From IMG/VR virus record IMGVR_UViG_3300031576_000006, positions 52,232 to 116,231 of that record: 64,000 nucleotides of DNA, one strand, 5' to 3'. Position 1 is the stretch's first letter. The number at the start of each line of letters is the position of its first letter. Made by a program: the position numbers and the translations under genes. This document shows positions 18,805-28,078 of this stretch, one piece after another. The notes below the pieces were generated by a model. The model ran no database searches and was not told the DNA's origin. It saw nothing but the letters and a program-made list of their open reading frames with translations. This stretch comes from a virus.

Positions 18805-21273
18805 ATGGGTATAACAGACGATTTTGGTAATCAAGTTAGAAAACAGGCTAATCAGAAATTTGGAATTGATAAGGGTTTTATACGCGGAATCAATGAAATT
18901 GCAGCAGGTAACGGAGTTTCTTCGACAGATTTAGGATCTGTTATTGGTCAAATGCAAATTCTGGCTGGATTAAATTATAGCCAGTCGATCATGATGCGCG
19001 GACTCGATCTTGCTCGCATCGATGCATCTGATTGGAATCGCTTATTTCCATATAAATTTGTAATATTAAGTGCTTCAGAAGATGGCGGATATAAACTTCA
19101 TCGTGGTTTGGAAGTTACCCTTCCACTTACACCACAAGATTTACAAATTACATCACAGTTCGCTTCTGTACTAGAAGTAGCCAGTCGTGGTATTAACGAG
19201 ACGCACAATGGATTACGAGTTAAGAATATAAATTTTACGGCCTCCACCGGCATCCTTATAACTCGTCCAACATTTACGCTCGAAGATAAGGTAGACAGTA
19301 ATATTCAAGCTATTTTTGGTGGAACAGTACAGGCGGTCAATGGATTTCTTAATGCCGTTTCTTCTGTATTTCCTAGCTCACAGGCCCAGTTATCGGATGT
19401 TGGTAGTAATGAATTAATATTTAATGGATATTATCAATATCATGCAATCAAAGCATTTCTTGAGTTGTACGCAGATTTAAAAAGTAAACCGAAAGGGCAA
19501 GGGTATCGTCTTGGATTAGAACTTGGCAAAGATCGAGTAGTTTATTTAATTACCCCACAATCATTCGTAACTAAAAAAAATGCTGCTTCTCCGATGGAAC
19601 ATATTTACACCTTCTCAGGTGTTGCGTGGGGAACTGTAACCGACATTGGATTATCACAGGGTAAAGATGCTGAAAAGTTCCTTGGAAGCTCAACTTCTGA
19701 CATCCAGGATATCCTCAACGGGCTCCGCAATGTTCGCAGGGTATTTCAAAGTGCAAAGGATATTATATCTGCCGCAAAGACAGATGTTGAAACGAATATT
19801 TTTGGTCCTATTAATAATATCATACTGTCTCTCAAGGAGGCAGCTTCGATCCCTCAGACCATTGCTGACTTTCCAGGCGAGCTTCAAAAATCATTTCAAT
19901 CAACTATTGTAAAACAATCCGACACATTATCATCATTACTTCCAGGATCACTACAGGCTTCGTTCAAGGCTGCCGTTGCACCATCTCTTGCTGAGTCTAG
20001 CAATACTGGATCTGTGTCAGGTGTTGTAGTCACCAAAGCATCAATTCTTCAAGATATAGATTTTACAGATGCAATTCCGGTTAACGGAATAACACTTACA
20101 CCCGAACAGCAACAAGCGGTTCAGACTGCAATAGATAATGCTGTAAATACTTCAAATAGCGATCTTAAGTCATTAATCGAGAATATCCAAACCATGTCAG
20201 ATACATTGGAAGATTCAGCGTTAACTCAAGGTATCGACAGTCCATCATGGGATATTTTATATTCCGCTGCCGAAAGTACCACTCACCTTTATGCATTACT
20301 GTCAGATAACTTCTTTGGCGTTGCGACGGTTGGTCAACAGGCCGCTGGCGTTAATCCGCTTATCGATTTTTATCAGGGCTATGCAGCTACCGGTGGAATT
20401 GAGTTTACTAAGAGCCAATCTAAATTTGCAATACCATTTCCATTCAAAGTTACACTCGAATGGCTATCTCAGAAATATCTTGGAGATGCAACTAGATGGC
20501 TTGAGATTGTTGCTGCGAATAATTTACAACCTCCATACATAGATGAGGATGGATTTACCAGAAGCTTTTTAACTAACGGCCAGGACAGACAGTTCAATAT
20601 AAGCGATGGCAGTAACCTATTCGCTAATCAGTCGGTCTGGATTTTTTCAGATACCAAACCTATGCAAAAGCGAAGGATCAAGGCCATTCAGAAGGTGACA
20701 GATACAAATTTTATCATTACTGTAGACGGGGAAAGCGATTTAGGAACTTTCACTCTGGCCGACAAAGCCAAGATGAAGAGTTACTTGCCAAATACCGTCA
20801 ACAGTCAAAAGCTGATATATATCCCGATCGATCAACCTTCAAACTTTTCTGGCGTCCAAAACACTCCGATTACGTTCATCGATGAATCTCCTGAAATGTT
20901 AGCAATGGCCAAAGTTGATCTATTACTTGATCAAAACGGAGATTTAGCCGTATCGCAGGATGGATTTCAGAACTTGGCCTTTGGCAAGAACAACCTGATC
21001 CAAGCAGCTAAAATCAAAATGAAGGCTGTCGCCGGTCAGCTATTGCTACATCCTGAATTTGGAGCCGGAGTTGAAGTAGGTACATCAGAGGCGGATTTTT
21101 CACTAGAGGTACTGGTTTCTAAGATTAAAGACTCTTTCGCTGATGACCCGCGATTTCAGTCTGTGGACAGGGTAGAGATACAGCAAGAGCCCGGAGTTGT
21201 AAGGATGACTGTAATTGTTACAGTTGCCGATAATCAAGGTATAGTGCCGATCAGCTACGAGTTTTCAAAATAA
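18805..21273 (+). CDS. Baseplate protein: tube-initiator-like + LysM-like + gp25-like domains
   Basis: TLEWLSQKYLGDATRWLEIVAANNL.PP (LysM/gp53-like); NLIQA...G.LLLHPEFG...DDPRF..V (gp25/gpW-like). Confidence 0.7.
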   Translation: MGITDDFGNQVRKQANQKFGIDKGFIRGINEIAAGNGVSSTDLGSVIGQMQILAGLNYSQSIMMRGLDLARIDASDWNRLFPYKFVILSASEDGGYKLHRGLEVTLPLTPQDLQITSQFASVLEVASRGINETHNGLRVKNINFTASTGILITRPTFTLEDKVDSNIQAIFGGTVQAVNGFLNAVSSVFPSSQAQLSDVGSNELIFNGYYQYHAIKAFLELYADLKSKPKGQGYRLGLELGKDRVVYLITPQSFVTKKNAASPMEHIYTFSGVAWGTVTDIGLSQGKDAEKFLGSSTSDIQDILNGLRNVRRVFQSAKDIISAAKTDVETNIFGPINNIILSLKEAASIPQTIADFPGELQKSFQSTIVKQSDTLSSLLPGSLQASFKAAVAPSLAESSNTGSVSGVVVTKASILQDIDFTDAIPVNGITLTPEQQQAVQTAIDNAVNTSNSDLKSLIENIQTMSDTLEDSALTQGIDSPSWDILYSAAESTTHLYALLSDNFFGVATVGQQAAGVNPLIDFYQGYAATGGIEFTKSQSKFAIPFPFKVTLEWLSQKYLGDATRWLEIVAANNLQPPYIDEDGFTRSFLTNGQDRQFNISDGSNLFANQSVWIFSDTKPMQKRRIKAIQKVTDTNFIITVDGESDLGTFTLADKAKMKSYLPNTVNSQKLIYIPIDQPSNFSGVQNTPITFIDESPEMLAMAKVDLLLDQNGDLAVSQDGFQNLAFGKNNLIQAAKIKMKAVAGQLLLHPEFGAGVEVGTSEADFSLEVLVSKIKDSFADDPRFQSVDRVEIQQEPGVVRMTVIVTVADNQGIVPISYEFSK

Positions 21274-21320
21274 AGTTAGGTAAGAATGTCTATATCTAAC
21301 CTTGGTATTTTATGAATATA

Positions 21321-21350
21321 ATCGCTAGCTTAGGTCAAAAACTTAATAAT
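21321..21350 (+). promoter_or_regulatory. Putative late promoter motif, copy 4
   Basis: ATCGCTAGCTTAGGTCAAAAACTTAATAAT. Confidence 0.8.
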
Positions 21351-21401
21351 AAACTACCCTCCCCACTTCTATCTTCAAATAAATTACATTATAGGAATTA
21401 A

Positions 21402-24400
21402 ATGGCAACGCCAGTAACTCGTAGTTTTCGACAAATCTTCAAGGATATGGTTCGCCAGTACGTATTCACATCCGGCGTAACCGACCTTAATAAGGGTTCG
21501 GCCAATAGATCTACCCTAGAAGCAGCTGCTTTATCTGACTTTAAGACTCAGGGCGATATTATGGCTGCTCTGGCATCAGTTGATATCGATCGTGCAGAAG
21601 ATTCCGATCTGGATAAGATTGGGTTCGCAGCTAAGGTTCCGCGCCCACAGGCCAGAGAATCCAATGGTATTGTTACTATATATCAAAAGAATTTCACCAA
21701 AATATCTACAAAGGTCTATCAAGGTACTGCCGCACCTCCAGCCGGTTCTGCTACTTTAAATATAGCCGATTCTGCCGGGCTTCCTGCCTCAGGATCTGTT
21801 TATATCGGTCGAGGAACAAATAACCTCGAAGGTCCTATAGCCTATAGCTCTATTCTATCTCTTGGATCTTTTTTCCAACTAGTTCTAGTAACCCCGACCA
21901 CTAAGAATCATAACGTAGGCGAATCTGTAATTCTTGCACAAGGCGGCAATCGCGCAGTCGGTGCTGGTGCTATTGTCCAAACAAAATCCACACTTACTTC
22001 ACAATCGGTCACATTTAGGACAATTAATTCAGTAACACTTCTCGATGGCGAGATGGAATTGAAAGATGTTCCTGTAATTTGCACACAGGTTGGAAAGATT
22101 GGAAATGTTACAGCTAACGCAATTGTAGAATTTGCGAGTGAGCCATTTCCTAATGCGGCCTCAGTAAATCCACTTGGGTTTGTATCTGGCCGTGATGTAA
22201 TGTCTAATATCGATTATCGAGAACTCATAAAGAAATCAGAGCAATCTCGTGTAAAGGGTACGGATGAAGCCATTAAATTAGCCGCTAACGGCGTCCAATC
22301 GACAGATGATAATCAAACTGTTACTTCGGCTGAAATCCGTAAGCCTGCTAATCGTGGAGAACCTTCCATTCTCTTCTTAGATAACTCCACCGGCTATCAA
22401 CCTATCTTCAAGGGTCAGGGTTTTGAACAGATTATCGATAGCGCAAACGGCGGCGAGAAATATTTACAACTTCAACGTGAAGATGTTGTTCGCGCAACCG
22501 TTGTATCGTCTATTGAAACACCATTCGCTATTACTGGTGGAATGACTCTATCTGTTAAGGTCGGCGGCGTTTTAAGTGAGCACATATTTAATGCTTCAGA
22601 TTTTTTAACAGAAGGTGCAGCTGACACATTTGAGGTTATCAATTCAATAAACAATAATCCAACCCTATTATTCAATGCTCGTGGATTCAGCAACAGCAGG
22701 AAGATTGTAATATTTTCTAGATCATTCAAAAATGAGGATATGCAGGTAGCCGTTCCTAGCGCAGGAGTTGACGCAAATGAATTCCTTGGCTTTCCTAAGA
22801 CACTAACATATTCGCTACGCTTATATAAAAACGATGACCTGCTGATTAAAGACGGAATTATTCCTACAATATACTCGAACGCTCAAAATACTTGGAACAG
22901 TTCTATTACCAACGGTGCAACTCTAAAAGTCAAGGTTGATCAAACAAGTTTTCAGGCCATTACATTACTTGACGCCGATTTCGTACCGTTTGGTTATGCT
23001 ACCGTCAACAAAGATAATGCACTTTCAGCCTGGGCTTCTGTTTTGACAACTAAACTCGCAGGTGTAACCGTGTCCGTCGAGGGCAATAAACTAAAAATGG
23101 TATCCAACCTTGGCGCAAACGATAGCGCACGACTAGAAGTTAGTGACAGTCTTGTTGCTAACAGCTTAGCTCAGGGCGACAATATGTTTGAACCTGAGGT
23201 ATCTCAGGGCGTAACATCAGACTATTCCTTCAACAGATCTACCGGTCAAGAAGAACTCGCCGCTGTAGCAGCAACTAATGATGTATTTACAGCTGGATCT
23301 AGATTTACTCGCGGATTTATCGACTCTGGAATTTTTACATCAGGCTCTTTGACACTTACAGCTTCGCCCGTTCCTAAACTTTATTTCATTGTGGATCAAG
23401 AAGCTGCTCGCATAAGCGTAAGCCTTTCAAATACTATCACAGTTTCAGTTACTAATCCTTCTTCCAATGTTTGGCGTTACACATTTTCAGTAGCCGGTGT
23501 AATTACTGGAGTACTTAGAGATGATATTGTTATTATTACAGATAACACAACTTTATCGGCCAACAATGAAGGTCACTGGAGAGTGAACGCAGTGGACGGC
23601 GCTGGAACTTGGTTCGAGGTAGTAAAAACTACAGGAACGATTGAAGGTCCAATTACACTCACGGGTGGAAGTGATTTTATTTTCGTTAGATCCCCCTTCG
23701 GAGAAGTTCAAAGTGTTGATCTTCCGAGCGGATTACAAACCCTTACTGCTTTGTCTAATACAATCAGGACTCTTCAAGGATTAACTGCTGAAGTTATTGG
23801 TGGAAGAAAGATCAGAGTATCTACGTTGTCGTTTGATCCAGACGTAGGTCACATCTTCCTGGCCGGTGAGAACACTAATGCTACTACTCTTGGCTTCGTC
23901 ATAGGTGATTCCGATACATCCGAGATTAGCCACACAGCCTTTAATACAAGTCAAAAGGACCTTACCTTCATAGAATTCTTTCATGACTCTTTCGCAACTG
24001 GTGATTCATCTACTCCATATACATCTGTCACAACTACTGTCAATCTTGACACTGCCGGGTATGAACCAAATAATAAAATTGGATTTCTAAACCCATATGG
24101 TACAAAAATATCCTCTAATCGCAAAATGAACACAGATATTGACAATATCAATGGTGTAACCCTTTCATTGCGTGACTCTGCTAAGCTCCGTGAAATTATT
24201 GCAAGCGATCGTTATTATACTGGCATACCATTCAACTTTAATGCGTTGGATAATATGGTCGTAGTGCTTGACAGCGACACGATAAACAAAACTTTCAATA
24301 TAAAGATGGGTCGTCTTGCTAAGATTTACAGTTCTCCCAATGCATCTACATTTAAGGCATACGACTTAGACTTCGGACCCACAGCTAATTTCCCATCTGG

Positions 24401-26966
24401 TTTCGGTAATAATTTCAATTTCGCCGATTTCAAAATGCATTTGAAGGCTCGAAGGGTTTTCGATCCATCTGGTGCAAACAATAAGATCATGGTTAGATCC
24501 GCACTGTTTGGTCCAAGCGGAAATAGAACTCGTGTGGGATTCTTTTACCCTCAGTCTGACGCGGCTGCAGTTAGTTATTCGGCTGCCACTGGCAGTTTCA
24601 CCGATATCCATATTATACTTGCCTCCGGCGCGTTGCGCACGGGCGGTACGTGGGATTCCACTACAGAGTTTGACGTAACAAATCCAGGTGGAAGCACTTG
24701 GCGGTATACTTGGAATACAGTTGGCACCGCACCTAACTTCTCATCTGCAAGTATCCTAGTTGGAGACATTGTAAATATTTCTTCCGGCTCTACATTCAAT
24801 TCTGCAAATGTCGGAACGTTTAAGGTTACTGGCATCACGAACACCTATTTTGAGATCACCAATTATTCACCAGGATTTGCTGAAACAGGACGCACACTTA
24901 GCTCAGCTGCATCACTAAAATTCTTCCCACTAGATGCCTCTGCCAATACAGCAACATTAATTGGAACATTTATCAATACTACGACAACCTCGGTTGAATA
25001 TATTACAATTGCCCAGCTTGAAACTGGTGCAGGAGTAATCAGTACTTCCACAAAAGATGAGACTGTCGGAGTTAATGAGGTTCTTGAGCTTCAAGACGGT
25101 GAGAACTGGATCAGTTCTAGCAGTATCGGCACCACCATCACACCAACAAATGATTTCACATTAAAACGCTCTTTAAATGTTTTTGGAGCGGACTTCCTTA
25201 GTGAAGAGTTTTATCTAGTACCTACAAGATCTGAACACTTAAATAGATTTCTCAATCGATTCGCCGTTACGGGCCTTTCTTCGCTAGGTAATATATCTCA
25301 AGCTACTGACGCTAAAGCAGTTGAGATCTACAGCACTCTATTCGGTTCCGATGGCACTGTATTTGTTACAGGTGGATCTGGCAATGAAGTAAGTGCTGCG
25401 GTCACTGAATCTGCGGCTGTTGTTGACAGCAGTTTCGTTAAGTTTGGAATTGCAAAATCTGCATCATCCGGCTTCCATCGTGGACAGTGGTTAAAAATTG
25501 AAAATACAGACACCCTTGCAAAAGATACAAAATTCAGGTCGGCTACTCAGATCACTTGGAATGCACAATTTCCAGTCGTCGGCCAAACAACTATCAGTAT
25601 TCCTAATAGTACTGCTGGTAACGTATATCAAAACGGCTTCTTCTGGACTAATCGATATCACGATAGCGATGTTACAACTCAGTTTAGGGTTGAGAAACAG
25701 GGTCCGTTCGTAGCCCTTAGCTGGACTGGAACAGGCACTGCACCTTTATTCACAAAAACTTTTACATTAACTAACCGGGCACGCACGTCTGGAGTGTCTA
25801 CTGTCACAACATCCGCCGCTCACGGCGTTGCAACTGGGAGTTCAATTGAATTGGTTATTTCAGGGGTCAACGATAGCTCCTTTGATGGTACGTTTAGGGC
25901 TACTGCCGCCTCACCTACAACATTTGATTACAGACAGGATACTCTTACTAACGTTGTTTCTGCTGCTACTGCTGGTAGTGCTGTACGAAAGGTAAAAAAG
26001 ACCGATCGTATTAATTTCAGTGGAGCCTTCAGTACTGCAAACCAAGGCGAATTCGATGTCGTCGGTATTTACGGCGCATCTACGATTTATTTCATGAACA
26101 ATAACGTTATTGAAGAAGATGTAATTCTTTCAGCCAATTCAAATATCAAAATTTACGATTACGATTCGGTCAGGCCGGGCGACTCTTTCTCTGTAGGATC
26201 TACAATTCTTGATTCTATATCTCCATTCGAATCACATCAGGGATCTTTTACAGTAGCTTCGATTACCTCAAGCGAGACCGAGATTGTCATCACAAGTTCT
26301 GCCGCTCAGGATGTCACGGCTGTTACCTTAGGATCTGATTTTAATACAGTAAGATCTATTGAACAATTTCCTTTCTTGATGTATGGTAAGATTCAGAACA
26401 CTTCTGCATCACCACCTAACTCAAACAATACGGATATTATTATCGAAGGACTTGAGCTTCCTACAAAAATTACACCTTCAGCAGGAACCGGTATTTCATC
26501 TGTGTCAAAACTGAATTTTGACACTTCAGTCAATTCCGGTGAAGATTCATATAAATATTACGGTGGATTAATTAGCGCAGTCGGCCAAAAGATCCGTGGT
26601 AAAGCCTCGGACCCTATCACTTATCCTGGTGTGGCTGCTACCGGCTCGTTCATTGAGATCGATGCTGCATTAGAAAAGCGCATTCAGCTTTCTATTGTAA
26701 TTAGAAATAGAACCGGTACACCGTTTTCTATAGTTAAGTCTCGTGTTCAGTCTGCAGTGGCAGCCTATGTAGATTCCGTTGGAGTAGGCCAACCGGTCGT
26801 ATTCTCTGAAATCGTCGTTGCCGCTCAGTCTATTGATGGAGTTCAAGCAGTGGCTATTTCAAGTCCAACATATAATTCAAGTAATGACCAGATTATTTCA
26901 CAACCAGACCAGAAGCCCTTGATTCGCAATATAGATCAAGACATTATCGTAAGTCAGGCCGCATAA
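21402..26966 (+). CDS. Giant baseplate wedge protein (baseplate J/gp6-like) with large internal insertion
   Basis: N-term TDLNKGS..R..LEA, DLDKIG...R, V.C...G..GNV, GRD.....YR; C-term V.SAV.AY...GVGQ.V..SEIV......GV..V. Confidence 0.8.
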   Translation: MATPVTRSFRQIFKDMVRQYVFTSGVTDLNKGSANRSTLEAAALSDFKTQGDIMAALASVDIDRAEDSDLDKIGFAAKVPRPQARESNGIVTIYQKNFTKISTKVYQGTAAPPAGSATLNIADSAGLPASGSVYIGRGTNNLEGPIAYSSILSLGSFFQLVLVTPTTKNHNVGESVILAQGGNRAVGAGAIVQTKSTLTSQSVTFRTINSVTLLDGEMELKDVPVICTQVGKIGNVTANAIVEFASEPFPNAASVNPLGFVSGRDVMSNIDYRELIKKSEQSRVKGTDEAIKLAANGVQSTDDNQTVTSAEIRKPANRGEPSILFLDNSTGYQPIFKGQGFEQIIDSANGGEKYLQLQREDVVRATVVSSIETPFAITGGMTLSVKVGGVLSEHIFNASDFLTEGAADTFEVINSINNNPTLLFNARGFSNSRKIVIFSRSFKNEDMQVAVPSAGVDANEFLGFPKTLTYSLRLYKNDDLLIKDGIIPTIYSNAQNTWNSSITNGATLKVKVDQTSFQAITLLDADFVPFGYATVNKDNALSAWASVLTTKLAGVTVSVEGNKLKMVSNLGANDSARLEVSDSLVANSLAQGDNMFEPEVSQGVTSDYSFNRSTGQEELAAVAATNDVFTAGSRFTRGFIDSGIFTSGSLTLTASPVPKLYFIVDQEAARISVSLSNTITVSVTNPSSNVWRYTFSVAGVITGVLRDDIVIITDNTTLSANNEGHWRVNAVDGAGTWFEVVKTTGTIEGPITLTGGSDFIFVRSPFGEVQSVDLPSGLQTLTALSNTIRTLQGLTAEVIGGRKIRVSTLSFDPDVGHIFLAGENTNATTLGFVIGDSDTSEISHTAFNTSQKDLTFIEFFHDSFATGDSSTPYTSVTTTVNLDTAGYEPNNKIGFLNPYGTKISSNRKMNTDIDNINGVTLSLRDSAKLREIIASDRYYTGIPFNFNALDNMVVVLDSDTINKTFNIKMGRLAKIYSSPNASTFKAYDLDFGPTANFPSGFGNNFNFADFKMHLKARRVFDPSGANNKIMVRSALFGPSGNRTRVGFFYPQSDAAAVSYSAATGSFTDIHIILASGALRTGGTWDSTTEFDVTNPGGSTWRYTWNTVGTAPNFSSASILVGDIVNISSGSTFNSANVGTFKVTGITNTYFEITNYSPGFAETGRTLSSAASLKFFPLDASANTATLIGTFINTTTTSVEYITIAQLETGAGVISTSTKDETVGVNEVLELQDGENWISSSSIGTTITPTNDFTLKRSLNVFGADFLSEEFYLVPTRSEHLNRFLNRFAVTGLSSLGNISQATDAKAVEIYSTLFGSDGTVFVTGGSGNEVSAAVTESAAVVDSSFVKFGIAKSASSGFHRGQWLKIENTDTLAKDTKFRSATQITWNAQFPVVGQTTISIPNSTAGNVYQNGFFWTNRYHDSDVTTQFRVEKQGPFVALSWTGTGTAPLFTKTFTLTNRARTSGVSTVTTSAAHGVATGSSIELVISGVNDSSFDGTFRATAASPTTFDYRQDTLTNVVSAATAGSAVRKVKKTDRINFSGAFSTANQGEFDVVGIYGASTIYFMNNNVIEEDVILSANSNIKIYDYDSVRPGDSFSVGSTILDSISPFESHQGSFTVASITSSETEIVITSSAAQDVTAVTLGSDFNTVRSIEQFPFLMYGKIQNTSASPPNSNNTDIIIEGLELPTKITPSAGTGISSVSKLNFDTSVNSGEDSYKYYGGLISAVGQKIRGKASDPITYPGVAATGSFIEIDAALEKRIQLSIVIRNRTGTPFSIVKSRVQSAVAAYVDSVGVGQPVVFSEIVVAAQSIDGVQAVAISSPTYNSSNDQIISQPDQKPLIRNIDQDIIVSQAA

Positions 26967-27178
26967 TGAATATAATTAATACTGCAGAACAATGGAACAC
27001 GCGATTTGGCGATCGTATCACTCCTTTGATGGGTGAACGTGGTGAGCGAAATCTATTACAGCGCAAATTCTACAGAGTAAATGAGCAACAATTCTGGTTG
27101 AAGCTACATGATAGTAGATATCATATTAATAGGTATGGACAAAAACTAAACTTATACTCGTGGAACAAAGACGAATGA
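26966..27178 (+). CDS. Mini-protein A of tandem cassette
   Basis: 70 aa, TAATG-coupled to the baseplate gene; ends QKLNLYSWNKDE. Confidence 0.7.
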   Translation: MNIINTAEQWNTRFGDRITPLMGERGERNLLQRKFYRVNEQQFWLKLHDSRYHINRYGQKLNLYSWNKDE

Positions 27179-27387
27179 TCATTATAGGCCGTCCATATTG
27201 TTTTACTGATTCTGAGAGATCAATTACACCTATTGCTAGTTTTGGATGTATGGATGTAATTAGCAAAATTCATGCACACAGACAAGGGATCTCTCTTCAT
27301 GAAGATATGGTATTTCGAAGTAATCATGAAGTTGATATCTACGACAGTTGGCAGAAATTAAATAAGATGGTTTACGCAAAAGTATGA
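27175..27387 (+). CDS. Mini-protein B of tandem cassette
   Basis: 70 aa from ATG 27175 (ATGA overlap); ends WQKLNKMVYAKV. Confidence 0.7.
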   Translation: MIIIGRPYCFTDSERSITPIASFGCMDVISKIHAHRQGISLHEDMVFRSNHEVDIYDSWQKLNKMVYAKV

Positions 27388-27581
27388 ATTTTATTGGACA
27401 GCCGTGGCAAACAACCAATGCAGATCGAATCATTCATCCTGGCAATCTTGAATCCAATGCAGAATATTTAATGAATAATGATCGAGAAGTTTTAAATACT
27501 TATGACCACTACGCCATGCGTGCAGCAGACCAAGTTAATAGAAGGTCGTGGCGTCTCAACACAGTGATACTCGATGATTAA
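27384..27581 (+). CDS. Mini-protein C of tandem cassette
   Basis: 65 aa, ATGA overlap; ends WRLNTVILDD. Confidence 0.7.
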   Translation: MNFIGQPWQTTNADRIIHPGNLESNAEYLMNNDREVLNTYDHYAMRAADQVNRRSWRLNTVILDD

Positions 27582-27795
27582 AATAATAGCCGGAGTAACC
27601 TCCCAACATTTGTCCAATAATTCCATACGGGATTTTACTGGTAAAGGGTTCGTCAATGATGATCATATTAATGCATACGAACGACACGGACTGAATAGCC
27701 TTAGAAGAATCGTTATGTATTTGAATTTTAAGGCCACTGGTGTTTCACCTGCACACAAATATTTAAAGTTAAATCAAGTTGATATAGATGAATAG
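27574..27795 (+). CDS. Mini-protein D of tandem cassette
   Basis: 73 aa, 8-nt overlap; ends LKLNQVDIDE. Confidence 0.7.
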   Translation: MIKIIAGVTSQHLSNNSIRDFTGKGFVNDDHINAYERHGLNSLRRIVMYLNFKATGVSPAHKYLKLNQVDIDE

Positions 27796-28078
27796 TCACC
27801 CCAAACAAATCAAATTACATTACGTAAACTGGTTAGAAAACGACTGGCAGAACCTAAACGAGGCTTTCGGTAAAGAATGGTCTGATGTGCGCCATCAGGA
27901 TTCGGCTTATCATACTGGTACTACCGATGAAAGGGTAAACGCGTATGGAGATTTTATTAATCGCTGTTCCGTTATGGTTCATCAACCTGGACCATACTGC
28001 GCATTCCGGCCTGAAGATAGATCGGTTTCAACTTCAAAAGACATGTTAGAAGTAATAAGAGAGTTTTTCGATGAGTGA
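27788..28078 (+). CDS. Mini-protein E of tandem cassette
   Basis: 96 aa, 8-nt overlaps at both ends; DERVNAY motif. Confidence 0.7.
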   Translation: MNSHPKQIKLHYVNWLENDWQNLNEAFGKEWSDVRHQDSAYHTGTTDERVNAYGDFINRCSVMVHQPGPYCAFRPEDRSVSTSKDMLEVIREFFDE

